A stretch of DNA of 64,000 bases from contig NC_087249.1 of assembly GCF_037042905.1 (NCBI RefSeq), positions 8,744,001-8,808,000 on the forward strand. Reading direction: 5' to 3'. Position 1 is the stretch's first letter; each line of letters opens with the position of its first letter. Both the position numbers and the translations under genes were made by a program. Below, one piece after another: positions 40,010 through 55,000 of this stretch. Under the pieces are notes generated by a model, which saw only the letters and a list, made by a program, of their open reading frames with translations, was not told the DNA's origin and searched no databases. Source of the DNA: Lytechinus pictus. Lineage: Eukaryota.

Positions 40010-43000
40010 CTGAAAAAAAATCAAACGATTGTAAATATTCAATAATAAAGAAAAAATATATATACTGTACCTCATGCAATACACTTCATATTTTACAATA
40101 TCACAAGCTTAATGCAATATAACAATGAACCTGATTTTCTCTTTCAGGGCCCCATTGCACAAAAGTTACTACTATAGTAACTTTGCCATCCAATGGTTTT
40201 TCCCTGAAATCCTAGATCCTGATTGGCTGATGGCAGCAAGAAGAATGCAACTAACTTTGGGCAATTTTTAGAATTTGGTACACACACAAATAAACAATCA
40301 GGAATGCCTACAGCCTCTGAAAAGCATAAAGCTTTAACTCAATCTAACTTCCCATTTCCAACAAAGCAAATTATCACTGACATCTCACATATTTGCTTGG
40401 CAAAAAAAATCATTAAACATCACTCTTATCAAAACTTGCTCTTTTAAGGGTTTCTGTTGGCCCGCCTTTAATATTACATCATGCATTTGAAGAGATTGGT
40501 GTACTTACATATCTCCTCCCTATGATGATGCATATACAACATGTACCAACTCCTGTAAAAAGGATGACAGCCAGGTCAAGGTTCTCTGTTCCCACAAGGT
40601 AAGGTGAGTCTGTGTTGACGTACAGGTACATGACCTTGATGATCCAAGGGAGACCAAGGCCAAGGAACACGTTCACGCTGTTGCTACCTGCAGCAGGGAA
40701 GAGAACGTAAACAATGAACAATGTGAACATGCCCATGTGAGATGATAATGATAATAATCTGGTTATATATAATGCGCGTAAGAAACACATTGCACGTAAT
40801 ATCTAAGCGATTACAGATTTATCATTACCCCAGTCATCGGATTCAGTCAGTCATTCCCGCACACAATGTAAGCACATCCTCTACTTCCTGGGGAGTATTC
40901 CAGTCAGTCGCCGTCGAGGTGCACACAGTGCTGGACAAGCTACAATTACTTTCACATCCTACAGGGTACCCATTTAGCTAGCACCTAGGTAGAGAAGTGG
41001 CAAAGTGTGCATTGACGTCTTGCGATTTTCAAAAAGTATAGGGCATGAAAGAAATTTTACCTGTTATATTGCCGATGGCAGCATCAGCATGTTGGTCCTG
41101 AATGGCGGCCGTTCTACTTGCAAATGTGTCTGGTACGCTGGTTCCGAGGGCTATGATTGTTATACCCGCAACACTGGGCTCTATTAATGCAACACAGCTC
41201 AGCAAAGTAGCGATCTGGAGAGAATGAAGGGCAAGGAGAAGAAGCCCTAATGATGAAACATTCTATCTTGAAGAATCACAGCTCTGTGACAACAATTACT
41301 ACAAATTTCAGTGCAAACATTTTCCTGCTTCAATATTTACATGTTCAATGTATAGCATTATAATTGTTGAATAAATGCGCCCACCCATCGTCAGCAAGAG
41401 TAAATGAGTCTCAATTGATAGTTTCTGCAAATACTGATCTTAATTCAAATATTTATTCATGCATCATCAAATCCTAACCCTAACCCAATGCTACAATCTT
41501 GGAAAAGATTTTTATCTCTCATTATAAAGGAATAGTGCCTCATACTATCGATTAACGAGTAAAGAGTCATGAATTAGGCAAGAAGGAGAAACAAAATGAA
41601 AGGTCAGGAGAAACATGGAAAGAATGAGAGAATATCAAGCTTTTTACAAATAAACCAAATATCAGAAATGCATGTATATACCTGTTCTACCACAGCCGTG
41701 AGAGCAAAGATGAATAGCAGAGATCCAATGAATGCAGGCCATCCTCCCCAGTAATTCCTTGGTAAAAAAAAGAAAATATATATTTATATATGTATATATA
41801 TATACATGTATAGATATATAATCACTTAAAACAAGGCAATCGTGTCTTAGTTATTAAATTGTTTATTTGGAATAGTGATATACCCCAGCACTGCCACCAA
41901 TGCCTTTCATTGCAAAGTCATATCACACCTCTGCCACCATTATTTTTCATGGTATAAAGTCACATCCCACCGCTACCGCCATCATCTTTCATAGAACCGA
42001 GTCATATCCCACCGCTGCCACCGTCGACTTTCATGGAACCAAGTCATATCCCACCACTGCAACCATCATCTTTCATAAAACCGAGTCATATCTCACCGCT
42101 GCCACCATCGACTTTCATGGAACCAAGTCATATCCCACCACTGCCACCATCGATGGTCATGGAACCGAGTCATATCCCACCGCTGCCACCTTTTTTTTTT
42201 TCATTTTACAATGTCATGCATATCCCACTTCTGCTATCATTATTTTTCATGCAAAAATGTCATACCGAATCACAGCTACTATCACTCACATAGTCCTATT
42301 CCACCACTTGCCCATTAATGGTAAAATACAGAATGATTTTTTTTCAATGTGAAATACCACACTCACAAAATTTTCAAGCAAAGAATAAGTATATATCAAA
42401 GTGAGATCAGCACTCAAGTTGTTTACTTACTTAGGTGGTACAATGGCAAAGATGACTTTCCAGAAGAATGTTATGAAATGCATGATACAGTCCATCTTGG
42501 AGGGTGGGATCTCCTTGCCATCGTCATCGATATCTCCTCCAAGGGTCATTGCACTATAGAAAAATAAGATAAAGACTATGAGCATCAAGAATGTTGTGCT
42601 AATTTTAATGCCCACATTAATCAACACCATCACATTTCCTTCATTAAGATTAATATTGTCCTCATGCCCAACGCCATCTAACTTAATATTATTATAACAT
42701 CAACATCATCACCATTTCCTTCATTTATATTAATAGTCATCATGACCAACAGCACCATCATCTCAGAATATTATTAATACCATCATCACCATTTTCTTCA
42801 TCAGAACAATTAATGCCATAAAATAATAAACCCTTTTGCACTTTCGACCTCCATTTCTATCAATTTTTTGCATCACTCCACAAACTACTTGTTGTACTTA
42901 AGCCATGATAATTTGGGAACATTATACCTTTTAAATTGATGTACAAAATGCACTCCAGTCATTTCAGGAAGGATCAATTTATAGGGTGTTCAGATGTGCC

Positions 43001-46000
43001 TACTTTACCTACTTCATGGAATTGTCCATCAACATCATCATCATCACATTCAGTTTCACCATCATAACAACATAAACATGGAAGATGAATAAGAGTTCAT
43101 TGGAATCCTACTCACTTTTTGATCTGTCCAAACCATGTCTCGGCATCCTCCTCATCTTCCAGGATCTGGGCGACCCTCTCACCGATGTCATCTACAAGAG
43201 AACAAGACAAATATGGTGGTCAAAACACACCCTTGTACAGGTGACTCAAAGCATGGAGCTCATACAATCATAGTGCCACCTCTAAAGTAATTGCTTTTAT
43301 ATCCGTCGTAATAATAATCTAGACAGATGTTTGGTCTAAACCCGTCATGTGACCAAAGATAATTCCAACCGATGTCACAAAATTGGCAAAAATGCCATGA
43401 ATCCCGGCATCTGACGTCACAACCCGGGAATAGTACCCCGAGCCGTGACGGCAGACGTAAATAATGCATGTACAATGCGCATATGTGATCAAGCCAGGGG
43501 CCTCACCAAAGCTTATAAAAAGAATTAATGAATTCTCTCTCAAAGATTGCTATTCATTCAGTTATATCTACATTCCTATCCGTTGTGTCTAATTCCGATG
43601 ATGGATATAAATCAAACATATACGGCCTTCAATCATAGGTTTGGTGAAACTATGATCCCCTCAGTGACACGATTGCGACAATTTTCGCATTCCAGAGTCA
43701 CTTCAGGAACCATAATTCCAACCACCTCCTCTGACGGCCATACATATTTGTTCACTAACATTTTCTGTATGAACCGGAAATCATACTAGCTTCCTAGACG
43801 AGAGCTAAGTACTTCCAGCTAACAGTTCTACTGGAGCTCATTGCCACAAAATCATCACACCTACACATGTACAGTTGGAGAAGACTGCCCTCTCGAGTCT
43901 TGCATCATAAAACGTCTGAACCATATCTGGCTCTCAGTAATATTAAAATGTTAGCTATGAAAGAATGTGATAGATACTGACCTGGTCTGAGGTTGGCTAC
44001 GGCAGCACTGTGTTCCCCAAGCTTGGCTCCAATACTAGGATTCCTCAGAACTATCACGAAGTTCCTCAAACCCTAAAATTCAAGATATCAAAAGAATAGA
44101 TCTGTCATCAATCAAATATAAAATATTAAGTATTATGCAGTCTTGTCAGTACTCTTTCAAGATAATTTTCAAACCCTTTTAAAAATGGATAACAAAATAT
44201 TAATCAATAAATTATCAAACACATAAAATACATTTACATCAAACATCATCAAGTCTTGGCAGTATTCTCTTTAGGATACAGCTCCAACTAGTCTGGTCAG
44301 CTACAATGTTAATTCTTTACAAGGATGGACTGTAGACATAAAAACACAAAACTGGACTTTAACAGAGGTGAAGACCTATAGAAAATTTCCTATCCATAGC
44401 TCACTAGTAACTGTCTTAACACAATAACTGTTCAGTATTGTTGACCTTTACAACAACTGAAGACTGCATGATTACAATTTTCTTAACTGAGGCTCCCTCC
44501 TTGACAGACTTAAAACTTATCTAAATTGATTTAAATTTGATTTATTGGTGCTTCATAACAAAATTCTATTCTAATTCTATTCCATACATAATAGAAAATA
44601 ATTATTTCATTAAGTCACTGGAGAATCTGTGGGAAAGGGAAACTGCAATCATCTTAAAGTCTCCATAATGCAATGTTACAGTTTGGGGTGGGTAGGAGCA
44701 ACAAGAAGATTGGACTTAATTAGAAGTCTCTTGGTCTATCAAATCCAGTAACTGCTCTTTTGAATCTTCTGTAAATAAAAGTAGGAGTTGGATACATTTA
44801 GCCTTACTGGATTTGTTCATAATTAGTCCAATTTATTCCAGCTGTTGAAGGACCTTGATCGGGAAATGTCGAAAAGATGTAGATCTGACTGAGTCTAGGG
44901 ACTAGTGACAAAAGAAGGATGGGTCTTACCACTGATTCTCTGTTGACTGGTATCTCGATGGTCTTGGACTTCTCCTCGTGTTTAAAGCACAATGTTCCTG
45001 ACATGGATTTATAGTCAGCTCCACCTTCCAAATGTAGATCTCCCCTTGCATTACCATCCCTGCAAGAAAATAACAGAATTACAGATTAATGAGAGATATT
45101 TCGAACAGAGATTAAAATAAAACATTATTTAAACGTGTGATTTTCAATTGTAGCTGGCCAAACAATTCAAATATAATTCATGTAAATTAATATGGTCATT
45201 TGCATGTGCACATCAGGTATGTACATGTATGTGTGAGGGTGAGTGCTTTGGGCTTATTCACAAATATTTCTGAATTAGATATGATAATTAATGTCTTTGG
45301 ACTGAGCGTTAATGTCAACATACGCAACACAAGACCCAGGTAGGGCATGACTTAAACCATGTATCCCTGAACCAGTGTCTAGCTGCCACATGCATGCACT
45401 TAAATTACACCTGCATGCCCCAACGCCCAGTTGTGAACTTTTCGCCTCTGCTTTCAAACAATCCACTTACATTTCCCTCATCGATTAAATGAGTTTGAGT
45501 ACCATAAATTACCATAAATTGTAAATTATTTGAGCTTTATATTATATTGGCTACCATTAAAGTAAATATGACCATTATCCAAGCTAAACTCACAATGAGA
45601 CAAAGTGATCTACGCTTTTCAATATTGAATATTTAATAGATTCTTAGAAGCATTTAAAAATATAATATAGTCAATACCCTCCACATAAATATAGCAAGCA
45701 CAATGATCATATAAACAGAAGAACTTTGACTTCAGTTAAGTGTTCCACTCTTTCAAACAATATGGAGAATAGAGTATCAAGAACCGAGAAAAACAAAGTT
45801 TCCACAATCAGTACGGTCCACAATTACCAACAATCACTTAGCTTCAAACAGGTTATGATGAAAAATGTAGAATTGTGGCATTGACTTCCAATATAACACA
45901 GTAATTCACTTTAGCTAATCTTCACAATCAAACAATACACAATTGTTTTTTTGGGGGGATAAAGGTTTGGTTTCAACTACACATTTTAGGATATGAGTAA

Positions 46001-49000
46001 AATGTTTTTTGCACTAAGAATATCAGTTTACCAGATTTATGCAATTCCATAATTAGACTTTTTTTGCCAAAGATGTTTTTCCTCAAATCTATCTTTTTGT
46101 TTTTATCTTAATCAAATTCTGCAACCTATCCATTCTACTTGCATCTGTGCGGTGAGACTTCATCATTGAATTGCCTATGATTATGAGTAATACAGCCATG
46201 CTTACTTGACCAAGTATAAAATGTAAATCATTCCTATTTTAGGACTCTCAATTCATTCCTACATAATACCTCCAGATAGGCATTGTTTATACATCTTACT
46301 AAAACCAAATAACGGCATATTTGCACGTTTACTTAACACAGTATAATCCAAACTAATTATACAGAGAAACCCCCACTTTAGTGAGGATGCAGTACTCTCT
46401 ATAGATGCATGTAAACGTCCCGAGTGGTCGCCACAGCAACCCCTCCAAGAGAGCGATCTAGGAGAAGTTGCGAAACGTTACTGTCTCTATACGAAGAAAT
46501 TATTTAATTAGTTGATTACCTTCAAAGCAACTCCGGAATGTAATTAAGTATACAGGATATACGTAAGTATACAGGATATTAGTATTTTTTCAATCAGCAT
46601 CCTATTTTTGCCACTCGTATTTTGTAAGGCTTCAATCAACACAAGAATTTGTTGGATATTATATTTTCAGAATCATTTTTCATCGACTAACTTCATCAAT
46701 GAACCAAGGATCAACACAGGAATTGTCAAGTGCTATACTTACATGATCGCTAAGAGCAGATTTCCAATGAAATATCAATAAGATTGCTCAAGGATCCTAA
46801 ATTCTAATTAAAAGCTTGGATATTTGTGATCAGAGCTTAAAGGGGGATCGAGCAAACTGACCACTGATGTGTGAGTTCTCTCACTGACTGTGTATTATTA
46901 ATCGCTAGTCTTAAAATGTACCATTTTAAGATAATTATCAATAATGCAGAGAATAAATGAGCCTATACTTCTAATTGTTAAGAAAAACTAAACTGTTTTT
47001 GAGAGGAAAGTACTTATTTTGCTCCTTGGAAGCATAATTACGGCAGCATGCTCCGGCGACATTTGCTCCTGTCTTAAAATTTCAAAGGGTTTGAGTTAGG
47101 ATTGTAATAGAGTTTTTGGTTTAGAATAATGTGAAGATATTGATCAGGGTATATTTGGTTTTGGAGGTTAGATTTTATGTTTGGCTTGAAGTGCAGATTT
47201 TCCATTGGAGCAATTGTCGCCGGAGCAAATGTCATGGAACCTATTTTATGGCATTGCTTTATAGTCAGTGGTAGCTCAAAGGACTTACATGGTGGCGTAC
47301 TGTAGGGTAACAGTGCCATCAAATCCCTTGGATCTTACAACCGTTGCCGTCACCAGACCCTTCTCAAGATCAGCTGTGTAGTTAGGAGATTCAAATGTGA
47401 ACTCGCCAGGCTCTGAGATGGAATAATATCAAATGATTTCATGAAGTGAATTAATAGTAACAATAAATTATCTTGATGTATTCAGTATGAGTGTTAATAA
47501 TAATCCTCATCTTTTTTTTCTATGTAGGAAACTAATTGTTACCAAGTTGGAGATACTCTAATCATTGTGAAAAAGAAGAGATACATTCCATTCATTTTGA
47601 TCAATGTCCTCCTCCTCTTCAAAAACTAAACCATCATTCTGAACATATCTATCAGCATCACTACCATTATAAACCATCTTCATCTCCAATCATCATCATT
47701 ACCATAACTTTCATCATCGTCGTCATCACTATCATCATCAGCAGCAGCATATTCACCATTATCATACTGATCACCATCATCATCATCACCCTCATCATCA
47801 TCATTCACCATCATCGTCATCATCGTCATCATCATCATCATCATCATCATCACCATCCTCATCATCATCTTCAACATCATCATCATCATCACCATCATGA
47901 TCATCATCATCATCAATCATCATCATCATCACCACCACCATCATCATCATCACCATCGTCACCACCACCATCATCACCACAATAAGGCTAATTTCCACCA
48001 CTCACCGTCATCATCAATAATTGTGACCCTGGTGATGCTGGGATCCCCCAACGCACCCCCTCCCTCGGGCGATTTGAGCAGGATGTAGAAGTCCATGTTG
48101 GCTTCGTACTGGGTATCGTTGATGATTGGAATGGTGATCGTCTTCCTCCATTCTGTCTCTGTGAAAACCTGAAAGAGTAGCATTAAAAAGTAGTGAAAGT
48201 ACAACCAATAAACCATATAAAATGATGATAATAATAATAATAGAACAATCTAAAATAGAGGTACTTTTGGAACATTTCTAGCATGAAAGGCAAAAGCGAG
48301 AATATTTTAAACTGTTTGAAAGTAAACACGCATGTGTAACTATTCTAATGCCCAAGCAAAATGTGTATTACTTGTTTAATACATGTAACATATAGGTGTA
48401 GATCCTTATCATTTGATAAACCATTCCATCTAAAGATAAAAGAGCTGTCATTAGAACTTGTCACTATATTATTAGCACTTTTTTAAGCTACAATATATGA
48501 TCGGTCACATGATAGATCTCAGCCAATCGTTTGATTAGGATCCATTGTCCCGTGACACAAAGGTTAGCCATTGATCATACGCTCAATTTTCACGATTGAC
48601 TGTATATTGTAGTCCATGCTATCAATCATAGAGAAATGTTCTACGATGATTGCTAAGCTTTGTGTTACCGGCTCCATATCATCATTTTATAAGAGTACGT
48701 AACAACATACCAATTTGCCCTGTGCATGCGTGAATTCGGTCCCTTGCTTAGCGGTGCCGTCTCGTGTCTCGTAGGTCACGTAGACGGTACCCTTGATGCA
48801 ATCATCGTAGGCATCGCTACGGCTGATTTCATCTGCGATCTCATGGTGGTGGCCCGCGATGCCATTCTCCTGTAAAACGATCAAAATGCGTAAAAACATG
48901 ACGATGGTGGAACGCACATAACAGTGAAAAGTACAGTAGAAAGAGAAGGAAGAGAAGGAGAAGAAGAAGAAGCAGGAGCAGAAGGGGAGAGGAGGAGAAA

Positions 49001-52000
49001 GAGAAGGAAAAGGAGAAGTAGAAAGAGAAGAAAAAGGAGGAGAAAGAGAAGGAGAAGGAGAAAGAGGAGAAATAGAAAGAGAAGGAAAAGGAGGAGAAAG
49101 AGAAGGACAAAGAGGAGAAAGAGAAGGAGAAAGAGGAGGAGAATGAGGAGGAGAAAGAGAAGGAGAAGGAGAAAGAGAAAGAGAAGGAGAAGGAGAATGA
49201 GATGGCAGAGAAAGAAAATGAGAAGGAGGCAATGTTGGGGGAGAGGAAGTAATTTAATAATCATCATCATTATCATCATCATCATCAATCATTAAAATGA
49301 CAGAAGTTATATGTACATTACTCTCAATCACTATGTTTTAAAATACTGATCTCCTCTTTTCTTGCCATCCATAGTTAAACCAAATATTCTTTATACCATT
49401 GACCTGCTAGTAGGTCCATGTTTATTCCATCATTGAATATAAATAATACTAGTAAAGCATGTCTTTAAAGCAGATATATGCGTTTTATATTTAAACAAAT
49501 CATTTTAACATACCTGGGTGAGCTGACGAGTTCTTCTCCTGAAATTACATGAGAGGAATAAAAAGAGGGGATATTCATGTCTATGTATTTCATAACCAAA
49601 TACATTTAAATAAAACACATGTTGATATGTACTTTTTTTTACAATTAGACAATTCCCTAAAATAATCATCCTCTTTTTAAATAAGATCCCCAATTAATTT
49701 TTGAAGTGAATTTTTTCAAAAACCTTTACTAGACAGTAAAGAAATAATTACGGGAAATTTCCTGCATGTAGGGGGTCAGAAGTATATACTTAACAGAATT
49801 GCCAGCATAATCCTTAATCATTGTTAGGAATGAGTCCTTTCATGAGATTCAATCATATTTTGTCTGACTAATATTCTACGATTTGAGAGAAAATATGATC
49901 TCCAAGCTCCATTACAAGATATACAAAAGAAATGAGTTCTTTCATGAGATTCAATCATATTTTGTCTGACTAATATTCTACGATTTGAGAGAAAATATGA
50001 TCTCCAAGCTCCATTACAAGATATACAAAAGAAATGAATTCAGCAAAAAACTAGCATCAATCATCTTCTAAATATACCGGTAATAAACATTTCATCACTG
50101 ATGTACAATGCATAATCATTCAAACCATTATGAACATTGATAATGTTTGGACAATATATTTCAATCTTTATGTGATTAATTTCTATAAATCTATAAACAT
50201 AAAGCATGAATGTATTGAAAACTGGATTAAATTCAAGCAGTAAATCTAGTGTTTGGGGGGGGGGGTGAACTATTGTGTCATTCCCCACTTGAATAGCATA
50301 ATTTCATTAATTTATGCCCATGGTATTGAATTTATGTGGTTACTTTGCTCATAAATTTGAAACATCTCTATCACATCCATTTCATTCATGTATCTGCACA
50401 TAGATGTGAACTATACACATACATACATAGGTGGGGTGTTTTATTACACCTATCATTAACTCATACAATATAAAACAAGCCCTGTCATTCCCCATGATAC
50501 ATGATGCTTGCTGTCAAAACCAGGCAGCATGATGGTAGATAAAAGGGACTCAGATATTGATTTTGACGATCGCCGCTGAAAGCGAATTCATTATGGGTAT
50601 GGATTTTTTTCCCGAAGCTATTTACCATTTTCTCACGACTCCTTTCATCTATTGTAAGAACTTTGTCAAACATCGAATAAGTGGCAGGAAGAAAAATTAA
50701 GGGAGGTCACCGCTTGCCCTCCCCTAAACCCCCTTTCTCCTCCTCCCCCTTTCTTCCCCCCCCCCAAAAAAAAAAATTCATATAGGCCTAAACATTAGAT
50801 AATCTCAAGTTCACTGCTGATCTTGCCAAGTAAATCAAAAAGATGTAGATTAAAAATATTAAATCCTCTTGATTTTTTTTATTTCCTATTACATGCATCA
50901 ACTTTCATTGTATCAAGTCAACCAAGACAAAAGGTTGAAAGTATCAAAAGTAGATTATCAATTTCATATGTGATTTCATTTCCATGACAACTCTGCCATA
51001 TACATAAAAGTATTTTCAAAACTAGAAATGACGGCTCTTGCAGAGCTTCTAAAATCCAGCTTGCATTTAAGTTCACTGTGGCGCTGCCTTTTTGTCCTCC
51101 TGCTTTCTGTCCCCTGACTCCCGCCAGTCCTCGATACAACACATAGCAACTACAAGCAATAGGTGCGCTCCCGTCTTGTATGGAAATCAATAATCCATTA
51201 TTGGCGGGTGTTATACAATATACACGATTGTCAGAAAGAGCGCTGGTATACATGTACTGATCTATAATACATAACCACATGGGAATTAGTCCCAGGCTAC
51301 TCGAACAACAAGCTGTGGTGAAAAAACAATGGCATTTCAAGATTTTAAATGGAAAATTTGTTGGTGTCTTTATAGTCGATTACACCCTGTAGTCAGAGAA
51401 TGAGAGGGAAGATGGTGAGAGAAAGAAAAGATTTGGAATGCTTTTGGGTTTTTTTGGGGCTGGATAAGAGGAATTCAATGCATTTCTACTTAAAAAAAAA
51501 CAATTTGGAAATCAAATGTAAATACCTAGTAATATGGTATGATTTCAAACAAATATATTCACTAACTACATTTTCACTTACAAAAAGATGAATAAGGGAT
51601 ATCTGTTTAAGTTGACAAAAAATAAAAGAAAGAAATTGTACGAAATTTTCTGCAAGAAGAAAATACTCAATATGGATGCAAAAACGTTTATGACGTTCAA
51701 CTAGCAAGATATTCATCAATTAAGAAAATAGATCAGGAAAATATTTACAATGAATAAAAGAATATCTTGAATGCATCATATAATATATCATTACATAAAT
51801 GGAACATTACTAAAAAAAATGTTTTGCTTCCCTTCCAACACTGTTCTAACCTGATTCCAACTTTCTATCTTTGTGTGGCATTGCATGGTATTATTTAACC
51901 ATTCAAACTTCTAATTGTAAACTTAAATGAGGTGAAAGTTTAATATCACAGCAAAATTTCATGGATTTTAAAACAAAAATTGATGAACATCTTCTTTGTT

Positions 52001-55000
52001 GATCTTCTTAAATCATTTGCATCCACAATGAGTAATTTATTGGTCAGGAATTTTCATTTAATTTATTGATTTCTATTTTTAACCATTTCATCAGATTCTT
52101 TATGTGTAATTAGAACTTTTGTGATAATGTCATAATTCCATGTATACATATTCCCTTTTCATATTGAAAGTTTTTCTGTCATGAAAAATATTTCACAAAC
52201 AAATTGATAAAATCAATCTTATTAATCTATTCAAGGAAATAACATCAGGATATTTCGTAAAGAGGCAATAACACAACATATATGAAGTTTGTTATGATCA
52301 TGTCAGATACTACAGAAACCCTTCATATCTGAGAATATTCAGTGAGTATATGCTCCAGTCCATAAGAATCAGTATTGATGTCTAAGGTGGACAAGCATTC
52401 CATAGCCACGGTCATCATCGTGATAATCATATCAGACCCTTCTGGGTAGCTTCCAACAAAAACAAGACACGAAACATCTCTACATTACAATGAAGCGGTC
52501 AAGAGGAATTTGATTAAGAAAGTGACCAACGACAACAAATTTCCTGTCAGTACCGGTCAGCGTTGTGGCGTTGGCTGGCAGAGGGATATTTTATTTGATC
52601 AGTGCGGGTGAGAAGCGGAAGGAATTCAATCAAAATTTTATGGACATGGATGGTGTTTATTCTATTAATCATTCCAATATTGGTTTGAAACATAACATCG
52701 TCAAAGAGTTTTTAGAAGTCCCCTCTTTCCTTTAAATAGTGTATGTGTGTATCTTTCACACATTCTGGGTTATTCTTAATTATTAAAATTAAGGGGGAAG
52801 GAAAAAAGACTCCGGGTTTGTTGCCCATTCCCCCCAAGAATTTGAAGAAAATGGTGAAACCGATTATACATCACAGCTGATCTATAAACTAATTGTTTTA
52901 TCAATTTAAATAAAAAGAAACAATAATTCAATTTTAAGAATTTTAATCAAGTGGTCTCTTCCCAATAATGAAATTATGCCAAAATTATCCTCTGACAAAA
53001 TTCTGTTGCATTTTTAAAGATTGTATGTAAGGGACGGGATATTAATACAGAGACAATATATCAGGCAAAATAATCCGGGCTTGTTTCCCATCCCCCCCAC
53101 ACAGATTTTTTTTTCTAAATACTAATAACAACTACCTTAATCATTTTGATGATAAATATATTAATTATTGAATTGCTTTTTCAAGGGGAATGAAGTTTCA
53201 AGTACCTTCATGCCTCTCCCCTTAACCTCCACAGTTTACACACAAAAATACATAGAGGTATCATCAATATCAAAGTAATATCTTCTCTCACTTGAACCAG
53301 CTCTATGAGCACATTAATCATTGACCAATCTTTATTACCCGGAAGTGGTCAAATAATTAAAGATTGTTGCTTGCTTCTGACATCACTGAACTGATAATTC
53401 CCTTCTCATCCTCCGATGCATGATTTCACTTTTTTTTTTCATTTTGCCTGTCATACCAATCTATCCCTCTGTTTAATCTCACACCGACTGATCTCTGGTA
53501 TTGCCATAGCAACATCAAGCTTTGTCCGTGAATTTGTTCTACCTCGGATGAAGAGTGGAAAGTTTAATTATTATCTGCTGTCTCTGATGGCCTCATGCCG
53601 AGCCAAGCATTCAGCTTTAGAATTATTAATTTCATTCATTAAAATGAAAGGGTGATATCTGAAGATATAGAACGCAAAAAGGACTATCACCTTCATCAGG
53701 ATACAACCGACCCCCAAAATAACATACTTCTCATATGTGCATTTCATCCATCACACATGTTTCGAAGAATCATATACGCCAGTCAATTACAAAACAATAC
53801 AGAACAGTTACAGCTTTAATGGTATTTGGAATGTATTGTCTGGCTCTGCGAGGCAGTTCGACCAATTTAAAATTCAATTGTCTTGCTAATGAACGGATGA
53901 TCAGAAAATTGCTCTGACAAAAACCTTTATGTGCAGACAAGTTATGACGTAAAATAAATTTGCATTTCCTTTATCAACTGATATTTTCTTGCTTATAATT
54001 GAATTTCCTTCACAATGCCTCCATCAAAATTACAATACTACCATTAACCAAGCCCCAATTTTCTATTCTTCTTGATAATTCCCATATCTAGATTCTCAGA
54101 AATATGGTGTAAATAAAATTGAGAAAAAAGGTGAGTTTGCTAACTTGAAATTTTCTTTTCAAATAACATTAATTACTGAAATTTCAATTTGCTTTCTTCT
54201 TAGTACTATAAATATACATTGATGAAATTTACATCACTAAAATAGAAATTAATGTTGTAAGACTTTACTGTAATTAAGATTTCTTAATTTTCTCTTCTAA
54301 TTTGTCTTTCATATCAGAATTTCCTCCCGCTGGTAAATGGTGGAAAACAAACAGAAGTTATGAAATTATCATAGACCATATTATTTGTAAAATACACATC
54401 ACATAAGTAATGCCTCCAGCATACACCTTTAATAGGCAGAGGCGTATAATACAAATCCATGTTGGAATGCTATTCAGAACTAGCAACGACTCTCAGCATC
54501 TATAACATTACAACTAACATTAAACATTCAAGCCTCAAGATTTTTTTTCCCGAAACAACATTGCTACTTATAATACAAGTTGTGAATCAGACTTCTCGAT
54601 TTGCCTGATTCAAAATAGGGATTACATATGGAATGGTACCTTCCTAATATGTAAGAAAATAAAAGAAGACTAGAAAGAGTTTCAATTAATCAAATCGATC
54701 TCAAAGATGGCAAGCCAGCAACACCATTATCAAGAATATATGTGTCCTTCACAGAGTTCACTATTTTCACATAAAATTAGGGGCAGCTCATAAAAAGCTA
54801 AATTTTAGAGTTTTTGATGTAAGTTGATACTTTCTATAGTCTAGAAAGAGTTATCCGCATGAACAATATGTGGTAACTACCATTGTTCTATTTCTAAAAT
54901 ACAACTTTTTTCTGAGCTACAATAACATTTTGTAAATGTTGAGATGAGGTTTTGACACACAATCGGCAATATGCCTTGTAAATAAAAAATATTATGACAT

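Noticed and set aside
41900..42352. 150-aa repetitive ORF
   Set aside because: Produced by a 42-bp intronic minisatellite antisense to NCX.
47536..48088. Poly-His, poly-Met and poly-Asp ORFs
   Set aside because: (CAT)n microsatellite in an NCX intron; only 48006-48168 on the minus strand is coding.
50918..51340. 140-aa minus-strand ORF ([20 protein letters not shown]) as an extra NCX exon
   Set aside because: No convincing acceptor/donor pair with compatible phases, and no family similarity.
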